DNA of 64,000 nucleotides, taken from the NCBI GenBank assembly GCA_905478415.1, contig CAJQIG010000005.1, positions 65,598-129,597 on the forward strand. The letters are read 5' to 3'. Under the pieces are notes generated by a model. That model made no database searches, was not told where the DNA came from, and saw only the letters and a list, made by a program, of their open reading frames with translations. Source of the DNA: an uncultured Patescibacteria group bacterium. GTDB lineage: Bacteria; Patescibacteriota; Microgenomatia; UBA1400; PJMF01. Below, one piece after another: positions 19,969-29,587 of this stretch; the stretch's first letter is position 1, and each line of letters opens with the position of its first letter. Position numbers and translations under genes: made by a program.

Positions 19969-20088
19969 TCATTCTCCTTCGAAGGTCATACCTTTTCCCC
20001 AGTCGAGATAAACTGATTTATCCATAATTTTATTAAATACAAATTCTTGTGGTTTGTTTATTTTTATTGTGTGGGTGAGTGTTTTCAT
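19969..20088 (-). pseudogene. N-terminal fragment of an SRPBCC-domain gene
   Basis: Manual translation MKTLTHTIKINKPQEFVFNKIMDKSVYLDWGKGMTFEGE* resembles an SRPBCC start. Confidence 0.5.
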
Positions 20089-20161
20089 ACTGATTTCTTA
20101 GCTATCTTATTATTAAGTGAAGTCCATTTAATGGTGTTAAGTCTTTTCGCAAAGTGAAATT

Positions 20162-20347
20162 TTATAGACTTTTTAACTCACTCTTGCTTAGTTTTTCTGT
20201 GGCATACCGAAACGCAACTTTTGCTAGTTTCTGCTTGTTTTTCTTTAAAAAAGACAGTAGCTGTTTTTTATCTCTTTTACCTGCTTCACGTATCCAACTA
20301 CCTACAGCAAGTTGCACATATTTTTCCTCATCATCAAGATGCCGATG
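20162..20347 (-). pseudogene. C-terminal fragment of an AlkD-like DNA alkylation repair protein
   Basis: HLDDEEKYVQLAVGSWIREAGKRDKKQLLSFL...RYATEKL; in-frame TAG immediately upstream and no N-terminal part. Confidence 0.7.
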
Positions 20348-20370
20348 CTAATTAAACTGGGTCAATTTTG

Positions 20371-20835
20371 CTATCTTTTCTTGCCTTGCTTGAATAGATT
20401 GACAGTTTTCTGAATTCTCCTAAGCCTTGTATCGTCTGTCTTTGATGAGTTAATCGAATCACAATGATATCTTTGCAGGCTATTGGGAAGAATGTTGAAA
20501 AACTCTTCAGTTTTGGATTCTTTTAAAGCATTGTGAAATTCTACGGACATTTCAACTTTCCTGGGTGCTGTCGCCACTTGTAGCTCAACCTGAATTTTGT
20601 CTCCACCTTGTAATCCAGAATTTTTGCGGTGTTCAGAACTAAAGCTTAGTAATGTCTTGCCATTCATTACTCCAGGAGTGCATTGATACTCATAACCATT
20701 CACTTTCACCGCAAGAGATGGTCGTTTACCAGCATTCAACTTTTCTATTATTTCGTCAGGTATTTTAATACCAGTGTTTTTTCCAAAACTTGATAAAGTT
20801 GTATCAAATGAAACTATTTTAGGGTTGTCGTTCAT
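20371..20835 (-). CDS. DUF1905 + YdeI/OmpD-associated domain protein
   Basis: TGIKIPDEIIEKL...VKVNGYEY and C-terminal KTDDTRLRRI. Confidence 0.75.
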   Translation of the reverse strand: MNDNPKIVSFDTTLSSFGKNTGIKIPDEIIEKLNAGKRPSLAVKVNGYEYQCTPGVMNGKTLLSFSSEHRKNSGLQGGDKIQVELQVATAPRKVEMSVEFHNALKESKTEEFFNILPNSLQRYHCDSINSSKTDDTRLRRIQKTVNLFKQGKKR

Positions 20836-20836
20836 A

Positions 20837-21706
20837 CTATTTATCCAACTCCACGTATTTTTTAAAATTATCCAAAATTGCTTGCCAGCCGAAACGTTGT
20901 TGTTCCTCTGAGTATTCATTGTCAGCATCAAAAATCTCTGTTACCTTGATACCTTCTGAGGCTTTCTCAAACACAATTGCCACATTCCTACCATCTTCCA
21001 TATTGTACTCGATTAACTCATGTTTTTTTACAGAAGTGTAGACTCCAGTCATATCGAAACCCTCACTCCCATCTTTTGCCTGCATCCTTGTTTCAAACTG
21101 ACCACCAACACGCAGGTCATTTGTCTTAGCGATGGCCTCCCAATCGTCAGACGCAAAAGCCCATCTACTAATGTGTGCAGGGTTTATCCAATACTCCCAA
21201 ACTTCCTCCATTGGAGCGTTCACAGTTGTTTCAACCGATATTTTATTCATGCTTGAAAGCTTATCAAACATAATATTCCAGTTTGACACCATGTCCTTCG
21301 TCATACTTTCATCATAATAATTGTCCATAACTAAAGTCATTTTAGTTTTCCTTCCCATCTCAGTAAGGGAAATTTCTATAAGTGTTTCAACTATCTCGTC
21401 TCCAGGAATTCCGTAGTGAGATGCAGCGACGTCATTACCGTCTTCGTCAGTAAAGGAATCAAGGTAAGATAAAAATGTACTAGGTACAATTTTTTTATAG
21501 ACACCTCGACCATAGAACTGTGTCCCACTTTTATCATTTACAAAGCAATACCGAAATACCCCACCCACTTTCACTTCAGTAGTAGCAAGTGAGTTGGTCA
21601 TACCTGCAGGAGCAAACCATTTTGCAAGCAATTTTGGATTTGTCCATGCCTCCCACACTTTCTCAATTGGTGCAGCAAATGTACGTTCTACTGTTAATTT
21701 TTGCAT
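20837..21706 (-). CDS. Tandem SRPBCC (AHSA1-like) domain protein
   Basis: Two AP.E.VWE.W..P...W repeats. Confidence 0.85.
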   Translation of the reverse strand: MQKLTVERTFAAPIEKVWEAWTNPKLLAKWFAPAGMTNSLATTEVKVGGVFRYCFVNDKSGTQFYGRGVYKKIVPSTFLSYLDSFTDEDGNDVAASHYGIPGDEIVETLIEISLTEMGRKTKMTLVMDNYYDESMTKDMVSNWNIMFDKLSSMNKISVETTVNAPMEEVWEYWINPAHISRWAFASDDWEAIAKTNDLRVGGQFETRMQAKDGSEGFDMTGVYTSVKKHELIEYNMEDGRNVAIVFEKASEGIKVTEIFDADNEYSEEQQRFGWQAILDNFKKYVELDK

Positions 21707-21710
21707 GTAT

Positions 21711-22187
21711 TTATTTTTCTCCTACTAATTTACCCAGAGCTTCAACTGATTGTCGCCAACCATCTTCCATCCCACTTGATACCATGCCATCTCGGTCTGC
21801 TTTGGTTAAGAATGTAGATATGCTTTTCATTCGAGTACCACCATCGCCTACTGTTTCAAACTCCATCTTTTCTAAAGAAACATGTCCACGCTCTGGCATC
21901 CCCATAAATTCAAATGTCCAAATAATTCTTTCATTGGGGGCGATTTCATGATAAACACCATAGAAGCCCCATTCATTTCCATCAGCGCTTTTTTCTGCTA
22001 TGTCCCAGGTTCCACCTGTTTTCCCCTCAAATTTATTGACTATCACCTGATTGCCTCAGCAAAACCACTTTACGAATAAGTCTTTGTTAATAAATGCCTC
22101 AAATACTTTTTCAATCGGAGCGTTAATTTCCACAATACCTAAAATATCTAAAGAATTCTTTGGAACTGTTACTGTTAATTTTGCCAT
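21711..22187 (-). pseudogene. SRPBCC-domain gene with a premature TGA at 22056..22058
   Basis: ATG 22187 MAKLTVTVPK...APIEKVFEAF...WFC*GNQVIV continues in frame into ORF 21711..22046. Confidence 0.8.
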
Positions 22188-22192
22188 ATTTT

Positions 22193-22516
22193 TTACCTTT
22201 CAGTTAATAATTTTTCAAGTCGGTTAAATCTCTCTTGCCAAATTTTTTCGTACTCACCAAGGTAGGACGTGGCAAGAGACACAGCCTTCGGACTTACGCT
22301 GACAATCTGCTCATTACCCCTTCGACGCTTAGAAATGAGGCCTGCTTTTTCGAGAACTGCTACATGTTTCGCTACACCCGCAAAGGTGATGTTGTATGGT
22401 TGTGCTAATTCGCTGATTGTGAGGTTGCTTTTTGAAACTCGCATCAGAATATCTCGCCTTGTTGAGTCGGCGAGTGAGCTGAAGATAGTATCTAGTTGCA
22501 TTGTTAATTCAACCAT
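22193..22516 (-). CDS. ArsR/SmtB-family transcriptional regulator
   Basis: LADSTRRDIL and KHVAVLEKAGLI; start at 22516 or 22501. Confidence 0.9.
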   Translation of the reverse strand: MVELTMQLDTIFSSLADSTRRDILMRVSKSNLTISELAQPYNITFAGVAKHVAVLEKAGLISKRRRGNEQIVSVSPKAVSLATSYLGEYEKIWQERFNRLEKLLTER

Positions 22517-22526
22517 ATAGTTGAAT
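22507..22526. promoter_or_regulatory. Palindromic operator, probably autoregulatory for the ArsR gene
   Basis: ATTCAAC-catata-GTTGAAT overlapping the ArsR start. Confidence 0.6.
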
Positions 22527-22656
22527 AATACACCAAACATTGAGCAATGTAAGTAGTAATCACCACTTATTTGAGAAAAAAGTATTCCAGACCAGGTGTG
22601 GTAATGCCTAGGCACATAGGGAAAACCAGAAGAGAAAAATTGCAAATAAAAATCTA

Positions 22657-22734
22657 TGGGGTGGCTAACCGGTCTCGAACCGGCGACCTTCGGTACCACA
22701 AACCGACGCTCTAACCAACTGAGCTATAGCCACC
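22657..22734 (-). tRNA. tRNA-His(GTG)
   Basis: Anticodon arm TCGGT-TTGTGGT-ACCGA; G-1 and CCA encoded. Confidence 0.95.
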
Positions 22735-22805
22735 AAGAAAAGTAATAAGAACTTTGATGTCGGTATTATAAAACAGGTTGCCTATAAAACCAAACAACAA
22801 ATATG

Positions 22806-22879
<74 letters not shown>

Positions 22880-22960
22880 ACCAGACATTTTTGTCTTTAT
22901 TTCTAGAAGACATATTATAGACTATGTCCAGGAAAGTATCAAAACTAGAGTCACTTATAT

Positions 22961-22991
22961 AAAAAAAGGCCTGAAGTTTTTCAGGCCTTTT
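22961..22991 (-). terminator. Rho-independent terminator
   Basis: aaaaggcctgaa-gtt-tttcaggcctttt. Confidence 0.7.
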
Positions 22992-23009
22992 GATTTTAAA
23001 ATAGAGACT

Positions 23010-23273
23010 CTATTTTTTTTGAGTTGCTTTTTTTACTTTAGCTCGAGCTTTAACAGCAGCTTTTTGAGTTTTTTTGGCTGTTTTTTTGACAGAAGCAACC
23101 TGTTTTTTGACAACAGCTTTTGTTTTCTTAGCTGTTTTCTTTGCTTCTACCGTTGCTTCTTTAACAGCAACCTGTGCCTTTTGTCGATTTTCTTCTTTTG
23201 AGAAGAAAACGGCAGCAGCTCCAGCAACAGCTCCAACTACTAATGTCAAAAGTCCATGAGACTTTTTTGCCAT
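23010..23273 (-). CDS. YtxH-like small protein, Lys/Ala-rich
   Basis: GAVAGAAAVFF TM segment followed by a KKTAKK-rich tail. Confidence 0.65.
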   Translation of the reverse strand: MAKKSHGLLTLVVGAVAGAAAVFFSKEENRQKAQVAVKEATVEAKKTAKKTKAVVKKQVASVKKTAKKTQKAAVKARAKVKKATQKK

Positions 23274-23288
23274 TTCTACCTTTCTACA

Positions 23289-24716
23289 CTACTCAATTTG
23301 CAAGATCGAGAGCGTGTTTGTTAATCCTGGTTTTTTCCAGAAAGTACCATGTACGAGCAATACTGTTTCACCCACTCGGGCAATGCCGAGTTCAACAATG
23401 CGTTTGAGTAGCTCTTCAGAACTTTCAAGCCTGTTTTTTTTGGAAAGTTCTATGATATGTGCGTCAATGCCAAAAACCAATGCGAGTTTATCGTACGTTG
23501 ATTGACTGCTGGTAAGGGCTGCAATTGGTACATGTGGTCTAAAACGAGCTAGGTTGCGAGCGGTGCGACCTGTTTCGGTTAGACAGACTATTTTATCAAT
23601 CTTGATGTTGTTTGAATCCAGCAAAGAAATTTCTAAAAGTGAAACCGCCGAATGAGTAATGTACGCCGATGGATCTGAGTCCGTAGTAGCAATGGGAAGT
23701 GGATAGGCATGGTGCTCATTAAATGCAGCAATTTTTGCCTGTGTTGCTACTGCTTTAACTGGATACTCTCCGATGGTGGTTTCTTCAGAAAGCATAACCG
23801 CATCACTGCCATCATAAATTGCGTTAGCTACATCAGAAACTTCAGCTCTAGTTGGGCGAGGGTTAGAAACCATAGATTTAAGCATCTGAGTGGCAGTAAT
23901 AACAGGTTTTCCAAGCTCTCGGCACTTATGGATAATTGTTTTTTGCCAAAAGCTGAGTTCCTCGAATGGAACCTCAACTGCTAAGTCTCCGCGGGCAACC
24001 ATGATTGCATCAGATACATCGATAATTTCATCGAGATTATCGATAGCTGACTGGTTTTCAATTTTTCCAACAATTTGACAATCTTCTAGACCTCGGGTGT
24101 CAAGTTCTTTTCTCAAAATAGCAATATCTTGTGCATTTCTAACAAAAGAAAGGGCGACGTAGTCAACGTTTCCTTTGACAATACCATCAAGCTGGACAAT
24201 GTCAGTTGGAATAAGTGAAGGTAGGTCGATTGTTACTCCTGGAGTATTGAGAGTCTTGCGGTTAGCAACGGTAAAAGATCCGAGTGCTGTAGCTTTCAGT
24301 TCAGTTCCATTGATTTGCGAAACAACAAACTCACCAAGACCATCATCAATCAAAATTCGATCACCTATCGAAAGTGTTTCGATAACTATTTGAGGAATAA
24401 AGGCAGATTTTACTTTATCTCCATTTTCGTTTGAGGTAAAGAGTATTTCTTCACCCTCTTTGATTTCGAAAGGTTTTCCTCCTGGAATAGTAATTCGAAT
24501 TTCAGGTCCTTGGAGATCAAGGAGTACTGAAAGAGGCTGGCCAAGTTTTTTGGCAATTTTTTTAGCACGAGCAATTCTCTCTTGATGCCATTCTGGAGTG
24601 CCATGCTTGGTGTTATAGCGAGCAACATTCATTCCAGCTCGAATAAGCTGTTCTAAAATTTCTTCAGTTTCTGTTGCAGGACCGATTGTAGCGACTATTT
24701 TTGTAGATTTGTTCAT
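23289..24716 (-). CDS. pyk: Pyruvate kinase
   Basis: TKIVATIGP, DLQGPEIR, MVARGDL, ATQMLKSM and PTRAEVSDVANA. Confidence 0.95.
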   Translation of the reverse strand: MNKSTKIVATIGPATETEEILEQLIRAGMNVARYNTKHGTPEWHQERIARAKKIAKKLGQPLSVLLDLQGPEIRITIPGGKPFEIKEGEEILFTSNENGDKVKSAFIPQIVIETLSIGDRILIDDGLGEFVVSQINGTELKATALGSFTVANRKTLNTPGVTIDLPSLIPTDIVQLDGIVKGNVDYVALSFVRNAQDIAILRKELDTRGLEDCQIVGKIENQSAIDNLDEIIDVSDAIMVARGDLAVEVPFEELSFWQKTIIHKCRELGKPVITATQMLKSMVSNPRPTRAEVSDVANAIYDGSDAVMLSEETTIGEYPVKAVATQAKIAAFNEHHAYPLPIATTDSDPSAYITHSAVSLLEISLLDSNNIKIDKIVCLTETGRTARNLARFRPHVPIAALTSSQSTYDKLALVFGIDAHIIELSKKNRLESSEELLKRIVELGIARVGETVLLVHGTFWKKPGLTNTLSILQIE

Positions 24717-24914
24717 AACACTTTCTATTATGTGTTCTATTTGCTTTTGCTTCAAGTAGGTAATCTATCTCTTGCCTCTTGTCAGCTTTATTTGACTACG
24801 TTACAGTGATATTCTAATCTTGCTACTTTAGATTGAAAAGATTATAAATCACTTTTTTACTCGAGTGAGTAAGAAGAAAATTATACCACTATTTTATGGT
24901 AAAAGAAAGGAAGT

Positions 24915-25442
24915 ATGTCAGACGATATACAGAAACTAGATGCTCCAGAAGAAGTCACAGCTCTTGAAAGTGGCGATGATTTAGCGACTGCAGCTTTAGC
25001 AAGTACGACTTCACCATCCGATGAAGATGAAGAAACAATTGCTTCAAATCAGTTAGCAGAAACACTCGGCCATCTTCAAAATGTGATTGAGAGAAATGCT
25101 GACCAGCTGACTCAACTGGGAAATGATCTTAAGCTAAAACGTGAAAGTCTCAAAAATGTTTTTGAGAACGATACACAGTTAGCAGAAGCTACTCAAGAAC
25201 AGCAGGAAACTGCTCAAAAAGTCAAAGAACGTAAAGCAAAGATTCAAGTTAGTCCAGAAGCTACACAACTGAAGACTCAGATTGGTGAACTCAATGAACA
25301 AAAGAAAGAGATTGAGGAAACGCTCAGTAATCACCTGCTTAATTACTATCAGCTAACTCAGTCAACTAGTTTTGATACCAGTGACGGAGACCAATGGGAG
25401 TTTAATATTAGAGCTAAGGTGAAGGGTAAGAAAAAACAATAG
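24915..25442 (+). CDS. Hypothetical coiled-coil protein
   Basis: AGGAAG RBS; heptad-rich Q/E/K/L composition. Confidence 0.7.
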   Translation: MSDDIQKLDAPEEVTALESGDDLATAALASTTSPSDEDEETIASNQLAETLGHLQNVIERNADQLTQLGNDLKLKRESLKNVFENDTQLAEATQEQQETAQKVKERKAKIQVSPEATQLKTQIGELNEQKKEIEETLSNHLLNYYQLTQSTSFDTSDGDQWEFNIRAKVKGKKKQ

Positions 25443-25466
25443 TTCCTAAACCTATATATGAAACCA

Positions 25467-25495
25467 AAAGCGCCAGGCAATTTGCCTGGCGCTTT
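25467..25495. terminator. Bidirectional terminator hairpin, identical to 51436..51464
   Basis: aaagcgccaggcaatttgcctggcgcttt between convergent genes. Confidence 0.8.
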
Positions 25496-25525
25496 CTGTA
25501 TATCTTTCAAGTTAAGTGATTGAAC

Positions 25526-25780
25526 TTAGTTTTTACCTAAACGATCACTAATTCTTTGGAGAACTTGAGCAGAAATGTTTTTCATCTTCTTGAGGTTTCG
25601 AGCTCTTTTACGGAGTCGACGCATCTCTGTCTTCTTTATAGTTCTCTTTTTAGAGGGTTTTTGAAAGTATCTTCGGTCACGAGCTTTGGTAACAATATCA
25701 GCAGCTGAGGTAGCTTTTTTGAACTTCTTAATGACGTCAAATGTACTGTCATTGCCCTGGGCTTTAATAATAATTGGCAT
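25526..25780 (-). CDS. rpsU: 30S ribosomal protein S21
   Basis: IKKFKK...RRYFQKPS; strong GGAGG RBS. Confidence 0.8.
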   Translation of the reverse strand: MPIIIKAQGNDSTFDVIKKFKKATSAADIVTKARDRRYFQKPSKKRTIKKTEMRRLRKRARNLKKMKNISAQVLQRISDRLGKN

Positions 25781-25899
25781 ATACTCTCACCTCCTCCCCA
25801 AAAAATTTCAAGTTACTAATAGTTTGCTTGGTGAAAAGCAGAACTGTATTTTAACCTATAAAAACAAAAAAGTCACCTCTTAGATCTGAAAATGAGTGA

Positions 25900-26274
25900 T
25901 TACTCGTTAATGAGTTGAGCAGCTTCTTCTTCAATAGCCCCTACATCCTGATTTTTTGTCCATCCTCCCGTAAGATGGACATGAATATGTTGGACTTGTT
26001 GAACTTTACTACCCACATTCATAAAAATTTTGTAATTATCTGAAATATCTAAAATTTTGGCAACCTTTCTGACTGTTTGAAGGAGTCCTGCGTGGAAAGC
26101 AGTATTTGAAAGAGCAACTTTTTCGAGTGTTTGGTATGGGTGTTTTGGAACTATGAGTACATGCACAGGTGCTTTTGGGTACAGGTCATTGAAGGCAATA
26201 AAGTCATCATCCTCATATTGAATTGTTGCGGGGATCTCTCGAGCAATGATTTTGGAAAAAATTGAATCTGACAT
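25900..26274 (-). CDS. HIT-family nucleotide hydrolase
   Basis: IFSKII, PKAPVHVLIVPK and HIHVH. Confidence 0.9.
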   Translation of the reverse strand: MSDSIFSKIIAREIPATIQYEDDDFIAFNDLYPKAPVHVLIVPKHPYQTLEKVALSNTAFHAGLLQTVRKVAKILDISDNYKIFMNVGSKVQQVQHIHVHLTGGWTKNQDVGAIEEEAAQLINE

Positions 26275-26288
26275 GCGACTTTATTTTC

Positions 26289-27170
26289 TTACTTTTGTGC
26301 AAATACTTCTTTTGTAAAATTCATAACTGCTTGTAAGCTGAGTGGTGAAGCTTTTTGGCTTTTATTCTTAATAGAACCATTTAGAAGCATCTTCCCACTC
26401 GCATGTGAAAACCAATCCCCAACAGTATCGACTGAAGTGATTTTATCGGCGAGTGCTTGTAAGTTGATGTCTGCATCTGGGCGAGCTTTAATCCTAATAT
26501 TACCGAGTTTGGGATCTTTTTTTATAACTAAGATGTACCCCTGTTTTTGAGCACACTTAATTGTGTCATCATTTCTTGTCTCGAGAGCTAAACACTTTCC
26601 TTGTGGAATTTCAAAGGGAATACCTTTTGCATTGATAATTTCGTTGGCTTTGATTTGTTGCGTTAAAGTCGCATAAGCATAATCTAAACATTGCATACCA
26701 AAATAGAGTTGTGAGTCATCATCATGCGGGTCATTGAATTCATTTCCTCGAATAAGCTCGTGAATCATGAAACCATATCGGTAGGAACCTGCGTCTGGCC
26801 AAAATATCTCTCCAAAGTGGTCAATTTCGGTAATAAATTTGACGAGAACATGGAGTGCTTGGTCTTCTTCAAGCTCTGGATGAACTCTGATTACGTGTTC
26901 ATGGACTAGCGATGAAGCGCAAATTTGGTCGCTAGCTCTTTCTGGTTGGTGATGATCAAATTCTCCCAGACCGGTATCAACGTGGGTAACGTCATCAAGA
27001 TCAATCTCGAGTTCTTCAACTTTAGATTCTAGAATTCGACTCCCTGGATTTACAAAAGCAATTCTTGCATCTCCATAGTGTTGTGTATCAAATTTTTTTA
27101 AAAGCCATACAGAACCAATCGCATCTAGATCGGGAGCATGGTGGGTGACAATGAGTCTTCGTGTGTTCAT
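26289..27170 (-). CDS. DHH/MYG1-like metal-dependent hydrolase
   Basis: VTHHAPDLDAI and DTG..EFDHHQ. Confidence 0.65.
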   Translation of the reverse strand: MNTRRLIVTHHAPDLDAIGSVWLLKKFDTQHYGDARIAFVNPGSRILESKVEELEIDLDDVTHVDTGLGEFDHHQPERASDQICASSLVHEHVIRVHPELEEDQALHVLVKFITEIDHFGEIFWPDAGSYRYGFMIHELIRGNEFNDPHDDDSQLYFGMQCLDYAYATLTQQIKANEIINAKGIPFEIPQGKCLALETRNDDTIKCAQKQGYILVIKKDPKLGNIRIKARPDADINLQALADKITSVDTVGDWFSHASGKMLLNGSIKNKSQKASPLSLQAVMNFTKEVFAQK

Positions 27171-27535
27171 TACTACGTAGTTTAACAGACTTTTTTAGGA
27201 ATATCCAAGTTATTGCCTTTTTAGTGAAGTATGATGTAAACAAAAACCCACCACATCAGCCTTACAGTAGCGTAGGAATGATGTAGTGGGCATCCTCACC
27301 GGGATTAGTTAGTACTATAGCTTTTGTCATAGAAATATGTAGTAGTAAAAAACCACCATTCATGGGTTTATAATTGTTTTTCCAGATGTGCAAAAAATAT
27401 AAATATAAGATATAAAAATACGCATTACATGCATCATAATTACCGCAAAATATGACGGTAAAATTTTCAGGAAGTGTTCAGTATTGCAAAAAAAAGGTCG
27501 AACCTTACGATCCGACCTCAATTTTATTTCAAATG

Positions 27536-29515
27536 TTACTGAGCATATTTAAAGTAGCCACCACAGTGGAGCCATTGACTTTGTTTATTTCCAGGAGCAC
27601 AGCTACCAGCCGCCCAGGAACCATCTGAGTAGGTGCTCGGTGCTTCTGATTGATACACAGTGTTACCAAACTTGAGGTAGTCGACCTCTAGGTTTCGGTC
27701 CTGTTTTTCAGTAGGGTTGTAGTAATCATTCACAAAGTGCACGGTCATATCAGAGACTTTAGCGCCATTTGGAATTTCTGCTTTGTACTCTTGCATGGTG
27801 TTGGTGACTGACCATGAGGTCCATTTTATACCTTTATGTCGCAACTCCATTATTGGATATGCTCCTCCTGCAAGTGTTCCACGGGCTCTGATAGCTATCA
27901 CTCCAGGAATTGAAGGAGGGGTGCCAACTATGCCACCATCGTCGGACTTAGCGCCACAAGCAGTTGGTGAGATATCAAGGAGTTGAGTGTTGTACTTATC
28001 CTCGAATTTATACTTACTACCGTCAAGCAACCTATATTCAGCATGGATAGCTAATTTATAATCCTGAGCAAGTTTACCCTGTTTCTTTAGCTCAGCAATT
28101 TTATTAGCAATATCATTAATGGTTTTACCATCAAGCGCTGGTTGTTTGAAGCTGCCATCCCAAGTCCAAGTAATGGTTTCTGAACCATTTGGATTAGGGT
28201 CATTGACTTGTTTAAGCCAGTATCCACACCAACCCTGGTCATAACAAGTATCTGACCATGTTGGTTTGCCCAGAAAGTCGTCAGTTAGTTCTTTACTATG
28301 TTGTTTCCCATAGAAACCGAGATAATACACAATAGCACCAATATTATTAGGTTTAGTTCCTGATACCGATAGTGTGTACCGTAAGTCTCCAGCCGTTTGT
28401 CCTGTTGCAGGGGTACAGGCTGAACTGTATTTTCCTGCAGGAGGGGTTGTGTCTATGACAGCTGTTTTAAAACTTTTTGGAGAGTTAGAAAGCTGAGGAT
28501 TAGAAACCTCACTTGCATCCGGTCCAATATTTATAGCGTAGGCATAGACTTTTCTTGTCTGTTGACTTGCAGTTGAAAGGTACTGTGTTGGAATCTTAAA
28601 GGTATATCCACTATTTGATCTACCGCCACACTCTTTACCAACAGCTGCTTCTCTAGCCACACTGGCAGTTGTTTTACCAATAAAGGTACCTTTTCCAGGT
28701 GTGCCATCGATGTAGAAATGCACTTCAAGTGGTGTATTGTAGTCATCAGCATCACAGGTCCAACCTCTGATTTCATAGTTGTCAGAAATAACATCGAAGA
28801 AACCTTTTGGCTTTGAGCCTGTATTTGAAGAACCACCACTTGAGGATCCACCGCCACCGGAGTTTCCACCTGTAGAACCACCACTCGATCCGCCAGAATC
28901 ACTGCCGCCACCGGAGTTTCCACCTGTAGAACCACCACTCGATCCGCCAGAATCACTGCCGCCACCGGAGTTACCTCCTGTAGAGCCACCACTCGATCCA
29001 CCAGAACCACTGCCTTTTGGAGTGCCTGTACACTTTCCTGCACCAGCTCTAGTAAATTCACCACCGGCACATGCTTTGACTGTTTCGAGCGTACAACCTT
29101 TTGAGGTACATTCCGAACTTGAAAATTGTGAACAGTTACTAGCTTGACCATTTGGCGCTACATAATACCCAGGTTTGCATTTTGTATATGCAGTGACTAG
29201 GTGACATTCTGATGGACAAGCGTCTGTTTCAAAGTTATTACATTTGAGTGTAGACTCTGTTTCTTGCCAACTACACCCAGGTACGCCAGGACAGTCATTT
29301 TTCCCCAGACTTCCACAACTTTCGTTTGGAATATATGCAGCACTTCGAGTATCTTGATTGGTTTGAGAAAGTGCAAACGCAGCTGCTCCACCAACAATAA
29401 CCACGGTGGCAACAAGGCCAGCAATAATATTTTTAAGTGTAAAAACACTCTTCTTTTTATAGGATGTTCTGCGTGTTTTTTTTGGCGCAGCCTTTTTTCT
29501 GGGATTTCTTGGCAT
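27536..29515 (-). CDS. Membrane-anchored surface protein with Cys-rich region, Gly/Ser linker and C-terminal Ca-dependent carbohydrate-binding module
   Basis: Basic N-terminus, TM, QDTRSAA; GWTCDAD domain; C-terminal FVND...DRNLEVDY. Confidence 0.75.
   Translation of the reverse strand: MPRNPRKKAAPKKTRRTSYKKKSVFTLKNIIAGLVATVVIVGGAAAFALSQTNQDTRSAAYIPNESCGSLGKNDCPGVPGCSWQETESTLKCNNFETDACPSECHLVTAYTKCKPGYYVAPNGQASNCSQFSSSECTSKGCTLETVKACAGGEFTRAGAGKCTGTPKGSGSGGSSGGSTGGNSGGGSDSGGSSGGSTGGNSGGGSDSGGSSGGSTGGNSGGGGSSSGGSSNTGSKPKGFFDVISDNYEIRGWTCDADDYNTPLEVHFYIDGTPGKGTFIGKTTASVAREAAVGKECGGRSNSGYTFKIPTQYLSTASQQTRKVYAYAINIGPDASEVSNPQLSNSPKSFKTAVIDTTPPAGKYSSACTPATGQTAGDLRYTLSVSGTKPNNIGAIVYYLGFYGKQHSKELTDDFLGKPTWSDTCYDQGWCGYWLKQVNDPNPNGSETITWTWDGSFKQPALDGKTINDIANKIAELKKQGKLAQDYKLAIHAEYRLLDGSKYKFEDKYNTQLLDISPTACGAKSDDGGIVGTPPSIPGVIAIRARGTLAGGAYPIMELRHKGIKWTSWSVTNTMQEYKAEIPNGAKVSDMTVHFVNDYYNPTEKQDRNLEVDYLKFGNTVYQSEAPSTYSDGSWAAGSCAPGNKQSQWLHCGGYFKYAQ
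28851..29010 (-). repeat. 54-bp coding tandem repeat, about 3 copies (SGGSSGGSTGGNSGGGSD)
   Basis: ccgccaccggag recurs at 28851, 28905 and 28959. Confidence 0.9.
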
Positions 29516-29587
29516 AGAAAGAGTCACCTGCTATTGTACTTAGTTTTTAGCATAGCATAGTTATAAAGAGCTTTGCAAAGAGGTAAA

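Noticed and set aside
22056-22058. In-frame TGA as evidence of UGA recoding (code 25) or selenocysteine
   Set aside because: TGA terminates intact genes here (e.g. epmA and the HI0933 gene), and all core genes are open in code 11; a nonsense mutation is simpler.
22517-22699. N-terminal extension of the ArsR ORF in the ORF track
   Set aside because: Overlaps tRNA-His and the operator; the ArsR domain starts at 22516 or 22501.
28851-29010. Tandem repeats as a CRISPR array
   Set aside because: No unique spacers, in-frame Gly/Ser coding, and no cas genes.
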